Positions 1 through 13,011 of a DNA stretch of 64,000 bases are shown here, one piece after another. The notes below the pieces were generated by a model that saw only the letters and a list, made by a program, of their open reading frames with translations, made no database searches and was not told the origin of the DNA. The first letter of the stretch is position 1. Every line of letters begins with the position of its first letter. The stretch comes from Octopus sinensis (Eukaryota): contig NC_043004.1 in assembly GCF_006345805.1 (NCBI RefSeq), positions 50,654,001 to 50,718,000 on the forward strand. Direction: 5' to 3'. The translations under genes were made by a program, and so were the position numbers.

Positions 1-231
1 ATATATATATATATGTGTGTGTGTGTGTTTGTCCCCCTAGCATTGGTTGACAACCGATGCCGGTGTGTTTATGTCCCCGTCACTTAGCGGTTCGGCAAAA
101 GAAACCGATAGAATAAGTACTGGGCTTACAAAGAATAAGTCCCGGGGTCGATTTGCTCGATTAAAGGCGGTGCTCCAGCATGGCCGCAGTCAACTGACTG
201 AAACAAGTAAGAGAGTAAGAGAGTAAGAGAG
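1..231 (+). mobile_element. SINE family A, 3' module (head lies outside window)
   Basis: gtttgtccccctagcatt...gcagtcaactgactgaaacaagtaagagag; the same module recurs about 15 times in the window after a (TA)/(TG) tract. Confidence 0.85.
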
Positions 232-618
232 AATATGTGCGTATGCATGTATGCATGCATGTATACATTTAAGACTTTAAACTGCATCCGATAGTGCGAC
301 CCTGGTTCGAGTGTTTCGGGGTTTTTAGCCACTATTTTTCCCAGGTTTACTCTGACCCGGAATAGTGGTACCCATCAGTGTCCCAGCTATGGACTAACTA
401 GCGTAAATGAAGATTTGAGAATGCAGAAATACCCTTGGTTGGTACCAAAGTGCGCAGAAGAACCACGGGCAATGAGAGAACCCAAGCTGTTGTCACAGCT
501 TCCATCTAGACAGAAACTAATGTAAAACCAGCGGATTCATGTGATTACAGGTAATTTCGCTTCGGCTTATAACTAGGTACAAATCGTGGAGACTCAAAGA
601 ATGATACTTATGTTGTAC

Positions 619-916
619 AAGCGTTTAACATGGCGATCCAATGATTTACAGTTATCTATTTGATGGTGACCTCGTTTGTCATTCCATCTAGTGAAAGTCT
701 TCGGGCGATGCAGGAGTGGCGTTGTATAAAGACCTAACCAATTGGAAGAGCACAGCAGGATGCAACTTTCATCTGTCATCTAAGTTTCCAAACATGCAGG
801 TCTGCAACAGGACTGAAAAGTCATCTGAGAGGTCATGGACAGAATGTCAGAAACTTCATTGACAAAGAGAAAGTACAAGAAGACGGCAATCATCTGTGAA
901 GATAGAACAATCACCA
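619..916 (+). mobile_element. RTE-clade LINE, 3' end fragment
   Basis: Encodes SATGLKSHLRGHG (C2H2-like C-terminus); homologous to 6640-6900 (-) and to the 3' end of the RTE at about 32840; followed by (TATG)n. Confidence 0.65.
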
Positions 917-1214
917 TGTATGTATGTATGTATGTATGTATGTATGTATGTATGTATGTATGTATGTATGTATGTATGTATGTTTGTATGTATGTATGTA
1001 TGTATGTATGTATGTATGTATGTACGTACGTACGTACGTATGTATGTATGTATGTATGTATGTATATATGTATGTATGTATGCATGCATGTATGCATGTA
1101 TGTATGTACGTATGTATGTACGTATGTATGTATGTATGTATGTATGTATGTATGTATTTATGCATTTATGTATGTACGTATGTACGTATGCATGTACGTA
1201 TGTATGTATGTATG

Positions 1215-1246
<32 letters not shown>

Positions 1247-1495
1247 CATATATGCATGTATGTATGTACGTACATACGTACGTATGTATGTATGTATGTA
1301 TGTATGTATGTATGTATGTATGTATGTATGTATGTATGTATGTACGTACGTACGTACGTATGTATGTATGTATGTATGTATGTATGCATGCATGTATGCA
1401 TGTATGTATGTACGTATGTATGTATGTATGTATGTATGTATGTATGTATGTATGTATGTATGTATGCATGCATATATGCATGTATGTATGTTTGT
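917..1495. repeat. (TATG)n microsatellite, about 580 bp
   Basis: Directly visible; source of the YVCM/HTYI ORFs. Confidence 0.98.
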
Positions 1496-3560
1496 ATTTA
1501 GTTACATTTCAAGCTTTCTTGCGAATATAGAAAAAAATGGCTGATAATTTTGATCTTAAACTCCTTCACTTGGATTTCAACAACATCAATACTGCAATTT
1601 TGCATGTATGCGTGTATATGTCCAGTCTTTGGAGTTAGTGTATGTGCAGATTTGTATGTTTTGTTTTATGCGTGTATTCTCATGCAAATAGTTGCATTCT
1701 CGACGTGCGCATATATATTTAAATGACAAACTTCTGGAAAATTTTACAAATGTTTACAGTTACATTGATAGTCCTTAAATCTATAATCTTCGAATTAGCT
1801 TTCTCTTGTTACATATTCCAATTATCTAATAACTACAGGTATGATCTTGGACTTGTAATCCGAGTAGAATAATAGTAAATTTATCAGTAGTTTAGCGTAG
1901 GGGTTTTCTTTTTCACTGATTTTTAGCTTTATGATGACATCCGCTGAGCAGCTGATATCCACTACTGTACATAGTTTCTATTCTCTGTCCCAAATCACTA
2001 TGCCTTGTCTATTATAATTACATTTTATTGAGATTTTCACTAGGACATTCCACCAATATTCTTTCATATTATGAAGGATTATGGCTATTCTGTGGGTTCT
2101 TAACTCTTTGGCGTCATGATTATCCTTCCGTCGGATCTCATTATACAGTGTTTTGACAAGAACAATATGTCTCATCCGTAGATAATACCGCAATAACATT
2201 TTTCGACAACTGCCTATGATGTGGGTGATATATCCGGTGTTGACTCCACAAGGTCTGCATCGGTTATCACATTTTGATGTTTTTCCTGCATCTCCCCCCT
2301 TTTGTGCCTCTAGTATTTGGTTGATATTTCCAGTTCCTAGATTGTTAAGACATACCCTTCAAAGTGAAATTTAGTAATTTGGTTGTTGGTCCATGATAGA
2401 CTGCTTTGATTATCAATGTTACTGTCATCCTGGAGCTTTCTTATACCATTTCTAAACGTGGTCTTCTGCTCATATACATTCATCATTTCGTCTGATGCGG
2501 TTGAGTAGAGCCGTGTAACTTGTTTGTGTATGAACTCAAGGTTAACAGACAAGGAATGTTGCTCGAGGAGCTGCTTTCTGTCACGTATGTGTAAACTTGG
2601 TCAAGAAATGCCTTTCAACACTTGGCGGTTAAAAGATGTTGCCGAAGGGATATGATAAAAAACTTAAAGGCAGTCTGGATCTGTTAAACCTCTGCCTTCT
2701 TGTTTTCGTTTCAGGTAGAGACGGTCTACGTCACTGTTGATGTGAAATTTATTTGAGTTGGTCAGTATCTTCGGGGTTTTCATATCAATGGTTCGTATTT
2801 CACCAAGCGGTCAGTCAAGTAGCCCAAATATTGGTATGAGTACTGGTACTGCAAACGCATTGTGAGCCACTGCTTTATTGAACGCAGAGAATTTCGATGT
2901 CGGTAGGTTAGCTTCTTGTGCCAGTATCCAACAATCAAGTCTCTTCCAGGTCTTTTCCATCCTCAATGTTTCTGGATTACAGTCACAACGGTATCACAAC
3001 CGGTGCTGCATGTCTTAGGTGTAATGCAGGGACAATGATTAATCCGAAATTCTTACAGCCACAGAGTAACTCGATTAAACTCCATGTCTTCGCAAAAGAT
3101 TTTCCCCCAGTAGGAGTCTATGACTTCTCGTGAAAGAGCTTCTATGATATTTAATTCTCTTCTCATGTCTCTGTAGACCAGTGGTTTTCAACCAGGGTTC
3201 CGCGGGACCTTAGGGTTCCACCAGTACAGTTTAGGGGTTCCGCAAGAAGTTACGAAACTGCTAAAATCGGCAGTAATTTTTAATTCTCCTGTGCAGATAT
3301 GTGTGCATAAGACTATTAAATCATTGCACAGGGGTTCCTCGAGCCAGTGGAATGTTTCCTTGGGGTTCCACTCCAGCAAAAAGTTTGAAAAGCACTGCTG
3401 TAGACTGATGCCTGGTTCCGGTTATTGTTTTCCTTTCGGTTGTTTTCCTCTGATGTCAGAGTGTCTCACTGATAGCCTTTACCTCCTGCTTGGCAGTGTT
3501 CACTTTGCAATTACGTGTTCTCTTTTTGCTATCACTTCTATCTCCGACTTAGCATATAAA
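1496..3560 (-). mobile_element. R4/Dong-clade (RLE-type) LINE, decayed and lacking the RT core
   Basis: Minus-strand peptides WKRPGRDLIVGYWHKKL, SKFSAFNKAVAHNAFAVPVL, FEGYVLTI, zinc-knuckle-like CRPC..HIIGSC followed by RH, and terminal VNICKIFQKFVI*; 3' end runs into (ACAT)n. Confidence 0.8.
3179..3397. mobile_element. hAT (Charlie-like) MITE, 219 bp, inserted in the R4 LINE
   Basis: Termini cagtggttttcaa / ttgaaaagcactg; perfect 8-bp TSD ctgtagac (3171-3178, 3398-3405); second copy at 35693-35911. Confidence 0.92.
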
Positions 3561-3627
3561 AAAGAAAATTGATTACATCCCCTCACCACCACCATCACAC
3601 TTCTCTCTCCCTCGTCGAGAATTTGCA

Positions 3628-3671
3628 TGTAGTAGTAGTAGTAGTAGCAGTTAAGATGGTGGTGGTGGTGA

Positions 3672-3703
<32 letters not shown>

Positions 3704-3716
3704 GCAGCAGTTAAGA

Positions 3717-3755
<39 letters not shown>
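3628..3755. repeat. (GTA)n/(GTG)n microsatellite
   Basis: Directly visible. Confidence 0.95.
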
Positions 3756-3756
<1 letters not shown>

Positions 3757-4360
3757 TTAGCTTCAGGTCAGATCAAAGCGAGCAGGTCCTTGGTTAAAGG
3801 CAGGCGTTCCAGTCATGGCGACGGCCATGAGGTCCTCGTTAAGGACCACATATTCCTGTAAGACAGTAAAGGTGGCATTCGGAGATTTTTAACTTGCTTT
3901 TAACCGATCGACTGACCAGCTTCATCAAGCACCGTCGTTGACCAGTAGTTAAACCCAGTAGGTTTGTAACTACGTAGTTCGTTACTTCATTAACTACTAG
4001 CGGTCAGTGATTGTGGTGGTGATGGGGGTGCTGGAGGTTGGCTAATGAGTCACGTGATCTTGTTTGGTTCTGGTCCAGAATGTCTGTGTCTCTGAGTGTA
4101 TTTGTATTCGTGTGTTTGTCTTTGTGTGTGAATACTTGTATCTATGTATGCGTGTGTTTGATTTCGTGTGTATTCGTATGTATGTGTTTGTCTTTGTATA
4201 TGTGTGCGTGTATATGTCTCTAGATTTATGTATCTGCAAGTGTGTGTGTATGTGTGTGCGTGCGTGCGTGGGTGAGCTCGCGTATGTGTATATGTATCAA
4301 TGAGTGTGCCTGTATATACATGTCTGCGTATGTGTGTATTAATCTTTGTGGGTGTGAGTG

Positions 4361-4707
4361 TATGTGTGTGTGTGCCTCGGTAGATGTTTGAAAGTGTGTC
4401 TCTGTAAGTGTATTTGTGTCTGTGTGTCTGTCTATATCTGCTTGTGTGCCTGTATGTGTTTATCTGCTTGCAAATGTGAGCGTACGAAGGTGTTGTCTGT
4501 GTGTGTCTATGTATGTGCGTGTTTGTTTGTGTGTGTGTGTGCCTCGGTAGATGTTTGAAAGTGTGTCTCTGTAAGTGTATTTGTGTCTGTGTGTCTGTCT
4601 ATATCTGCTTGTGTGCCTGTATGTGTTTATCTGCTTGCAAATGTGAGCGTACGAAGGTGTTGTCTGTGTGTGTCTATGTATGTGCGTGTTTGTTTGTGTG
4701 TGTGTGC
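4361..4707. repeat. Tandem duplication, period 167 bp, TG-rich
   Basis: gcctcggtagatgtttgaaag starts at 4374 and 4541; units appear identical. Confidence 0.9.
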
Positions 4708-4737
4708 CTATGTATGTCTGTGTGAGTATGTATTCAT

Positions 4738-4935
4738 TTCTTTATTGTCCACAAGGGGCAAAACATAGAGGGGACAAACAAGCACAGAAAAAGTGATTAA
4801 GTCGATTATATCGACTCCAGTGCGAAACTGGTACTTTATTTATCGACCCCGAAAGGATGAAAGACAAAATCGACCTCGGCGGGATACTGCTAAGCATTTC
4901 GCCCGGCGCGCTAACGTGCCTGCCAGCTCGCCGCC
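4738..4935 (-). mobile_element. SINE family B
   Basis: Reverse complement of ggcgagctggca...gttagcgcgccgggcgaaatgctt...tttgtcccctctatgttttgccccttgtggacaataaagaaat. Confidence 0.8.
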
Positions 4936-4956
4936 ATTTTGTGTGAGTATGTATTA

Positions 4957-5035
<79 letters not shown>

Positions 5036-5038
<3 letters not shown>

Positions 5039-5509
5039 CTCTTTTACTCTTTTACTTGTTTCAGTCATTTGACGCGGCCATGTTGGAGCACCGTCTTTAG
5101 TCCAGCAAATCGACCCCAGAACTTATTCTTTGTAAGCCCAGTACTTATTCTATCGGTCTCTTTTGCCGAACAGCTAGGTTACGAGGACGTAAACGCACAA
5201 GATTCGGTTGTCAAGCGATGTTGGGCAGTGGGGGACAAACACAGACACATAAACACACACACATATATATATATATATTATATATATATATATACTCTTT
5301 TACTCTTTTACTTGTTTCAGTCATTTGACTGCGGCCATGTTGGAGCACCGTCTTTAGTCCAGCAAATCGACCCCAGAACTTATTCTTTGTAAGCCCAGTA
5401 CTTATTCTATCGGTCTCTTTTGCCGAACAGCTAGGTTACGAGGACGTAAACGCACAAGATTCGGTTGTCAAGCGATGTTGGGCAGTGGGGGACAAACACA
5501 GACACATAA

Positions 5510-5563
<54 letters not shown>

Positions 5564-5715
5564 GACGGGCTTCTTTCAGTTTCCGTCTACCAAATCCACT
5601 CACAAGGCTTTGGTCGACCCGAGGCTATAGCAGAAGACACTTGCCCAACGTGCCACGCCGTGGGACTGAACCCAGAATCATGTGGTTGGTTAGCAAGCTA
5701 CTTTCCACACAACCA
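5036..5715 (-). mobile_element. SINE family A with tandemly duplicated 3' module
   Basis: Head at about 5565-5715; two 3' modules (about 5036-5290 and 5294-5520) share private substitutions. Confidence 0.85.
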
Positions 5716-5966
5716 TGAGTGTGTCTGTGTGTTTGTGTCTATGTGAATGTGCTTGTGTGTCTATGTGTGTCTGTACGTGTGTGTGCGCGTGTGTGTGTGT
5801 GTAACAGCTGCGTCGTTCTCTGCAGTACTGCAGTATGGATTTCCACTGGGATTTACTTATTTTTGCTGTTTATTGTTTCCATCATCGCCATCCGGTGAAG
5901 ATTAGCGTCGTTGGTTACTGCGTTTCTAACGAACCAGTCGTTGGCTTACTACATTTCAGATGGCAA

Positions 5967-5968
5967 CA

Positions 5969-5999
<31 letters not shown>

Positions 6000-6000
6000 T

Positions 6001-6071
<71 letters not shown>

Positions 6072-6140
6072 AGAGAAAGAGAGAGAGAGAGAAAGAGAGA
6101 GAGAAGAGAAAGAGAGAGAGAGGAAGAGAGAGAGAAGGAG
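5967..6140. repeat. (GA)n microsatellite
   Basis: Directly visible. Confidence 0.95.
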
Positions 6141-6592
6141 AGTGTGTATGTGTGTGTGTGTGCGTGTGTGTGTGTATGTGTGGTGTGTGTGTGTGTGTGT
6201 GTGTGTGTGAGTGTGTGTGCGTGCAGGCGTGTAACTAGAGCAGAATAAGTATCAAGATTCTGGTTTATCCGTTTTTTTTTTCGCCTATGCGGATATCTTT
6301 CACCGATACACACACACACACACATGCATACACACATACATACATACACAAATGTATACACACACATACAAACACACATACACTCACATTACAGACACAC
6401 ATACACACATATACTCACATTACACATACACATACATACATACATACATACATACATACATAAATACATAGCATATATACATACATACATACATACATAT
6501 ACATACATACATACATATACATACATACATACATATACATACATACATACACACACATTCACATTGCATACATATATAAATACCTACATACA

Positions 6593-6624
<32 letters not shown>

Positions 6625-6639
6625 CATACATACATACAT

Positions 6640-6900
6640 GCAAACATGATAATTGTTCCATCTTCACAGATGATTGCCGTCTCCTAGTGCATCTTCGTTG
6701 TTATTGGCATTTCTGATTTTCCGTCCGTGACCTCTCAGATGATAGTTGTCAAATCAAAGCTGTAACTTACTGTGTGCTTCGAAATGATTAGGTCTTTGTA
6801 CGTCGCTACTCTTGCATCGCCCGACTTAGTGGAACGACAAATGAGGTCACCATAAAGAGACAAGTGTACGTCATTGGATTATTGCGATAAGGCTTGGACA
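6640..6900 (-). mobile_element. RTE-clade LINE, 3' end fragment
   Basis: Reverse complement matches 619-916 (tcatctgagaggtca...gacggcaatcatctgtgaagatggaacaat); followed on its sense strand by (TATG)n. Confidence 0.65.
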
Positions 6901-7342
6901 ATACGAATATGTACATACATATTTGCGCATATACATTCATGCATACATCTATATATATATATATATATATACATATATAGATGCATACAAACATACATGC
7001 ATAGATATATACATACATACACACATACATACATGCATGCGTTCATACATGCATACATACATACATGAATACATGCCTGCATACATGCATAAATAAATAC
7101 ATATATATATATGCATACTGACATACATTAATGCATGTATGCATGCATACATACACACACATACATACATACATATACATACATACATACATACATACAT
7201 ACATACATACATACATACATACACACACATACATACATACACGCACATACATACATACACATACATACTCACACATACATTCATACATACATATATACAT
7301 AATACATACGTACGTACGTACGTATGTACATACATGCATACA

Positions 7343-7560
7343 AGACATTGAAGTCATCCCCCACATCATAAGCAATTCTTCAAAAATGTCATCACGTTAT
7401 TATTTGCGAAGCTATTATACAATAGGGTCCGTTGGAGGGATAGTTCTGAGACCAAAGGCATAAGAATCCACAGTGCCTCAGAGACCATAACCATTCATAT
7501 GAAAGGGTACAGATGGAATATCGTTGTAGAAGCCCCAATAAAATGCAAAAGTAATAGACC
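7343..7560 (+). mobile_element. R4/Dong-clade LINE fragment (zinc knuckle/RLE region)
   Basis: QDIEVIPHIISNSSKMSSRYYL resembles HIIGSCRKMLLRYYLRMRH of the 1496-3560 copy; begins right after (CATA)n. Confidence 0.65.
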
Positions 7561-8775
7561 CTGACAGGTGCTACTACTTCGCTTCTGATTACACCTGGGA
7601 AAGTCAGAACAACGCTGGCTAAGAGGTGGTTTCACTCTCCTCAAAACACTTCACAAATCCCTGGAACTCTCGATTTAGGGTGCAACTACCGTATGCAATT
7701 TAAAGCCATACCGACGACATACATACATAGATAAATACATACATATATACATAATACATACATACACACATAGCGTCGAAGTCAATCACATCAGCATCAA
7801 GTTGCTACGCATCTTTCTGTAATAAATACTGTCCTCCGGGATTTTTTTCTATTAACAAATTTCACATAAAAATAATTGTCTATCTTTTTTGAAAAACGTG
7901 AAGAAGCATCCTTTTTTCAGGATGACCTTAGCAATAATCAAGCGGAGAAAATTTACCTGAAACTCAACACATTGTATTAATGTTATATATACCATGGCTA
8001 GGAAAGAAAATAAGGTCAGCCAATTGCAAACGGCAAATGGAATTTTTAATTGAACTATCAATTCTATAGAAAGGTTGGGGAAGCTCTCTCCATAAGTTAC
8101 ATGAAATGGATGAGAAATGACTGAGACCATAAAAATCCCAATTACTCGAGGGGGAGAGAGAGAGAAGGAGAGTGTGTATGTGTGTGTGTTTGGGTGCGTA
8201 TTGATGTGAGTTGACGTGTGTAGATATTTCTGTGTGCATATATACGTGTGTGCGTGTGTGTGTGTGTGTGTTGTGTGTGTGTGTGCGTGCGTGCGTGCGA
8301 GCGTGTGCGTGCATGTTTGCGTCTGTCTGTGTTTGTATATGTCTGTCTGTGTGTATGTATCCGTGTGTGTGTATGTATTTGTGCGTGTGTGTGTGTTTCT
8401 GTGTGTGTGTGTGTATGTGTCTGTCTGTGTGTGTCAGTGTGTGTCTGTGTATTGGTCAGAGAAGGTCGTAAACAATACAGACCATGCGTTTACAATATAA
8501 CAGACGGCCATTTTGCCATTAGACGAGCAAGCAATAACCGATTACAAACGAACAGTAATAATTTGTGAAGAATCCGAACAACGGAAGAAACACTTAACAG
8601 CAAAATTCAAGCAAAATTTCACCATCAACATTAACTAAAAATCAAACAATTACAACACGAATCGATAGAAAACCTACCGACCTAATGTTATCCGCGATCG
8701 ACTAAATAGCTAACGAATAATTAGCAGAGATTGAAACTCCAACTCAAATTTTGAACGTTGAATGTTTTCTGCTGT

Positions 8776-9165
8776 GGAGTGGAAGCACTCCGTCGGTTAC
8801 GACGATGAGGGTTCCGGTTGATCCGAATCAACGGAACAGCCTGCTCGTGAAATTAACGTGTAAGTGGCTGAGCACTCCACAGACACGTGCACCCTTAACG
8901 TAGTTCTCGGGGATATTCAGCGTGACACAGAGTGTGACAAAGCCGGCCCCTTGAAATACAGGTACAACAGAAACAGGAAGTAAGAGTGAGAGAAAGTTGT
9001 GGTGAAAGAGTACAGCAGGGATCACCACCATCCCCTGCCGGAGCCTCGTGGAGCTTTAAGGTGTTTTCGCTCAATAAACACTCACAACGCCCGGTCTGGG
9101 AATCGAAACCGCGATCTTATGACCGCGAGTCCGCTGCCCTAACCACTGGGCCATTGCGCCTCCAC
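8776..9165 (-). mobile_element. SINE family C, full length
   Basis: tRNA-like head with A box tggcccagtgg and B box ggtttcgattcc; 10-bp TSD tttctgctgt (8766-8775, 9166-9175); near-identical to 23672-24058. Confidence 0.92.
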
Positions 9166-9789
9166 TTTCTGCTGTATTGTACTGCGATTACTATTCGCCA
9201 GCCGAAGTGAGTAGCGGAGATCGATCGTAGTGAGAAGAAACACCTAAAATGGATTACCTCTCTCCAGCCACATATCGACAGACTCAGGAAAATATTGGAT
9301 AACTGGATATTATCATTAAAAGCAAAGTGAATAATAAATTCATGAACCACCAGCTTTCATTTTATGATAGACGAGCAAAACGCCCCCGCCCCCACCACCA
9401 CCATCGCCCGTCCAATGGACGGAGCTGAGTTGTCAAACATTTAAACCAAATTTTCTCATAACAACTTGTCCGACCGTCCCATAGGCCTCCTCTTTGAGAA
9501 ACACTGATTTAACCTAAATTTGAGACACCAGCAAAAGAAGAAATAAAGATAGACTTTTTTCTATTCCAAAGAAAAACGATTTTATTCACACAAATATTCA
9601 AACGAAGAATTTAAAGTACCAGTAATGATAAGGCTGTTGACAGGGAGAACACAAACATGGTTTAAACAGTAAGCTTGGCAGGAAAGAAACGTGCTTTTGA
9701 GCAGTACAAAAACAACAAAAAATGGAAGGTGCAGTTATGTACAGGTTGACAGAAGAAAAGCAGGACAAAAACGATGCATGCAAATGAGT

Positions 9790-10035
9790 TAGCTGGAGGT
9801 AATTCTAGATGGAAAATCGATCGCAACAGCTAATGTACTTGCGCGTACAAATGCACGTTCCCACGGCTTTATCGATCGCATTCTCACCTGGAATCGATTT
9901 TTGTAATTTTTTCAAGACTTATACACGCCCTGATGCCGTCGGTATCTACATGTCAAATTTGAGCGCAATCGGATGGAGGATGCCCGAGATCCTTGAAGAC
10001 ACACACACAGACAAATAGAACGGATTTTATATAAT
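9790..10035 (-). mobile_element. Possible non-autonomous Helitron 5' portion
   Basis: Same layout as other Helitrons here (aaatttgagcgcaatcgg...acacacagacaa...ttttatata); CTAG end not found. Confidence 0.35.
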
Positions 10036-10051
10036 ATATTATCACGTGTGA

Positions 10052-10372
10052 AGACACGTAGCTAAGTAGTTAGGATATTCGGTTCACGATCGTATTTTCT
10101 TGAGCTTGATTCCCGTCTGCGCGTTGTGTCTTTGAGCAAGACACTTAATTTCATGTCACTCCAGTGCACTCAGCTGGCAAAAATGGGTTGTAGTTGAATT
10201 GCAATGAGCCAGCCTTGTCACACACTCTGTGTCACTCTGAATCCCCCTGAGAACTGCGTTAAGGATACGCATGTGTGGAGTGCTCAGCCATTTGCACGTT
10301 AATTTCAGGAGCAGGCAGTCCCGTTGATCGGATCAACTGGAAGACTCCTCATTGAAACCGACGGAGTGCCGG
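10052..10372 (+). mobile_element. SINE family D (tRNA-like head, CORE-like segment, tail shared with family C)
   Basis: ttgtgtctttgagcaagacactt segment; tail ...ggatcaactggaagactcctcattgaaaccgacggagtgcc. Confidence 0.75.
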
Positions 10373-11646
10373 AAATCTCAAGTCGAATAGAAACAATAAT
10401 GAGCAAGCCAGTTGCCCGTACACACGAACTGTGAGCGGTAAGGGAAACAATTTGGTCATAAAAAACACCAACTAGAAAGAAAAGCCAACAATCTCGAATT
10501 TTCGATAAAGCAACGCAGTATACAAAGTAACATCGGCCAAGTTGGGAAAATCGCTCAGGATGACCTAGAGTGATTTTGGTTAAGAATCTTGAATGAAAAC
10601 AAACTACATATCCGTGGTGCAAAGTAGTTAATTGAACTACAGAATGAGTCCTGCGCAAACGTCTCTCCTATTGAAATTCTCTTAACGGTTATTGCAAAAC
10701 TGCCGAACGGGAAAACATCTGAGAGAGAATAATGGTCAGTTATTGGTAGAGAAAGCTCCCATTCTAAAGGGCAGCCTTCGTTAACCAAATGCTAAATTCA
10801 ACCGCTAAATTTGATGTGCCAGACCGCTTAGTAGTCGCAAGTACTACATTAGTAGCTAAAAACCAGAAGGTGCATGAGTTAAAAAAAACTACGGTCCATA
10901 GCGTGAATGAATATGATGTATTAATTATACACAGGTTGTTTGAATGTATTTGCCCAGAATCACTTTGAAATACTCAATGTAGTAACTAAAGAGTAGGCAG
11001 CAGGAAAGAAAGCCGTCTGGAGTTATGCCGGACAACTTGTCGACAACGCTGTCTCTAACGAAACGAAACAATACCGCCGAAACTTGTTGTCTGTATGCGT
11101 GGATAATGGAGTCATTACCCCTTGCTAGCGCTCCAACTACTAAATTCAATGCCATTAAGAGGTTGATTACAACATGGACCTTAGAGATATCGATAAGAAC
11201 TGAAGCTACCACTATGGTCACTAACAAAATTAGTTGCTAACAGGAATATTCTAGGGCGATAGCGTATCTGTAACACCTTTCGTCTGAAGAGTAAACTCCT
11301 TGGCAGCCTTGTTAAGGCAATACGAAGGTTACATGACAGATACTGCGGATGACAGAAAGATTAAATTCACCCACACACTTTTTGTTGATAGCCTTAAGCT
11401 CTATTCAAATAATATTTTTGACGCCCAGAAACAGAATAAGTTACAATTTCTCATGGGACATAAGAAGGAAGTTTGACCAAGACAAGTGCTCGTATCTGGT
11501 AGTTAATCGCAAGAAGATTGCCAACCAGGCAAGAAATATGAATATCAATGGCCTGTCTATCATCGCTGTCACCGGTAATGAACGTTGCAAATACTTTGGA
11601 ATCGATGAGAATAACGCATATGTTGGTGCCATGAATAAAGCTGAAG

Positions 11647-11985
11647 GTTAGCACGCCGGGCGAAATGCTTAACGGTATTTCGTCTGCCGATACGTTCTGA
11701 GTTCAAATTCCGCCGAGGTCGAATTTGTCTTTCATCTTTTCGGAGTCGATTAAATAAGTACCAGTTACGCACTGGGGTCGATGTGTGTCTGTCCTTGTTT
11801 GTCCCCTCTGTGTTTGGCCCCTTGTGGGTAGTAAAGAAATAGGTATTTCGTCTGCCGTTACATTCTGAGTTCAAAGTGCGCCGAGGTAGACTTTGCCTTT
11901 CATCCTTTCGGGGTCGATTAAATAAGTACCAGTTACCCCTCTATGTTTAGCCCCCACCCCACCCCTATGGGCAATAAAGAAATAA
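11647..11985 (+). mobile_element. SINE family B, tandem dimer
   Basis: Two units of gtatttcgtctgccg..ctgagttcaaa..ccgagg..tttgcctttcatcc; ends ...gggcaataaagaaata. Confidence 0.85.
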
Positions 11986-12194
11986 ATAAAGCTTAAGCGA
12001 CAAAAGAATACTTCAGAAGTCATAGCTCTCTGCATTCAATAAAACTATATCCCATAATGCTTCCGCTGTGTCAGTGCTAATATCAACATTTAGGATATCA
12101 GACTGGACACTTGAAGAAATCTGTAACTTGGACGTCTGGCCTAGGAAGATACATAAGAATAACTGGTAACTTCCACATCAATAGTGACACCAAT

Positions 12195-12385
12195 AGTGGT
12201 TCACATTTTGGCACAAAACCAGCAATTTTAGTGGAAGGGATAAGTCGATTATATCAACCCCAGTACTTATTTTGTCGACCCCGAAAGGATGAAAAGCAAA
12301 GTGGACCCTGGCGGCATTTGAATTCAGAATGTAAAATCGGAAGAAATGCCGCTAAGCATTTTTCGCAGGCGGTAACGACTTTGAC
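12195..12385 (-). mobile_element. SINE family B variant
   Basis: gtcgaccccgaaaggatgaaaagcaaagtggac matches the family B reverse complement. Confidence 0.65.
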
Positions 12386-12826
12386 TGGATTTATATTATA
12401 GGATCAGTCCTGCCGGCATTTAAGTGTCACAACACCTACTGATCTGTAAAGAAAGAAATAAATACATCACATGTATACTCAAGAGTTAAGGTAATAACAT
12501 CGTGAGATTAGGCGAAGAACTCCTTACAAGAATTCCGATTTTATAGCTGATCCATGTGAACCAAAGTTGGCTGGATTGACCAACACAGACTTGGAAGAGA
12601 AATATTCTGACCAAGAGAAGGTTATGCATAGGTACTCATCCCACTAGCTAAAGAATTCCTGCAACATTAATAGGAAGAGCAGCTCTACAGAACCTGTGTG
12701 ATAAATACATCACATCTAAAAGCTATGTTTATGATAGTCAAGAACAGGAGACAGCTACTAAACACCTGATCAGCAAAAGAGAAAAGAATGCCTCGAAACC
12801 TCCTGGCTGCGATACAAAGTGCCAAG

Positions 12827-13011
12827 CCGTATTTCGTCTGTCGTTACGTTCCGAGTTCAAATTCCGCCGAGGTCGACTTTGCCTTTCATCCTTTCGGGGT
12901 CGATAAATTAAGTACCAGTTACGCACTGGGGTCGATGTAATCGACTTAATCCCTTTGTCTGTCCTTGTTTGTCCCCTCTGTGTTTAGCCCCTTGTGGGTA
13001 GTAAAGAAATA
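12827..13011 (+). mobile_element. SINE family B, 5'-truncated, intact tail
   Basis: B-box-like gagttcaaattcc; tail tttgtcccctctgtgtttagccccttgtgggtagtaaagaaata. Confidence 0.88.

Larger units (their letters stand above)
10400..12790 (+). mobile_element. R4/Dong-clade LINE, heavily decayed, interrupted by SINE B copies
   Basis: THTLFVDSLKLY (RT motif), KFDQDKCSYLVVN, CKYFGIDEN, AFNKTISHNASAVSVL, GNFHINSD and SQEQETATKHLISKR occur in the expected order. Confidence 0.75.

Noticed and set aside
780-1544. Many 100-230 aa ORFs of YVCM/HTYI, IYIY, VCVC, ERER, YLSI type here and throughout
   Set aside because: Translations of stop-free microsatellites, not genes.
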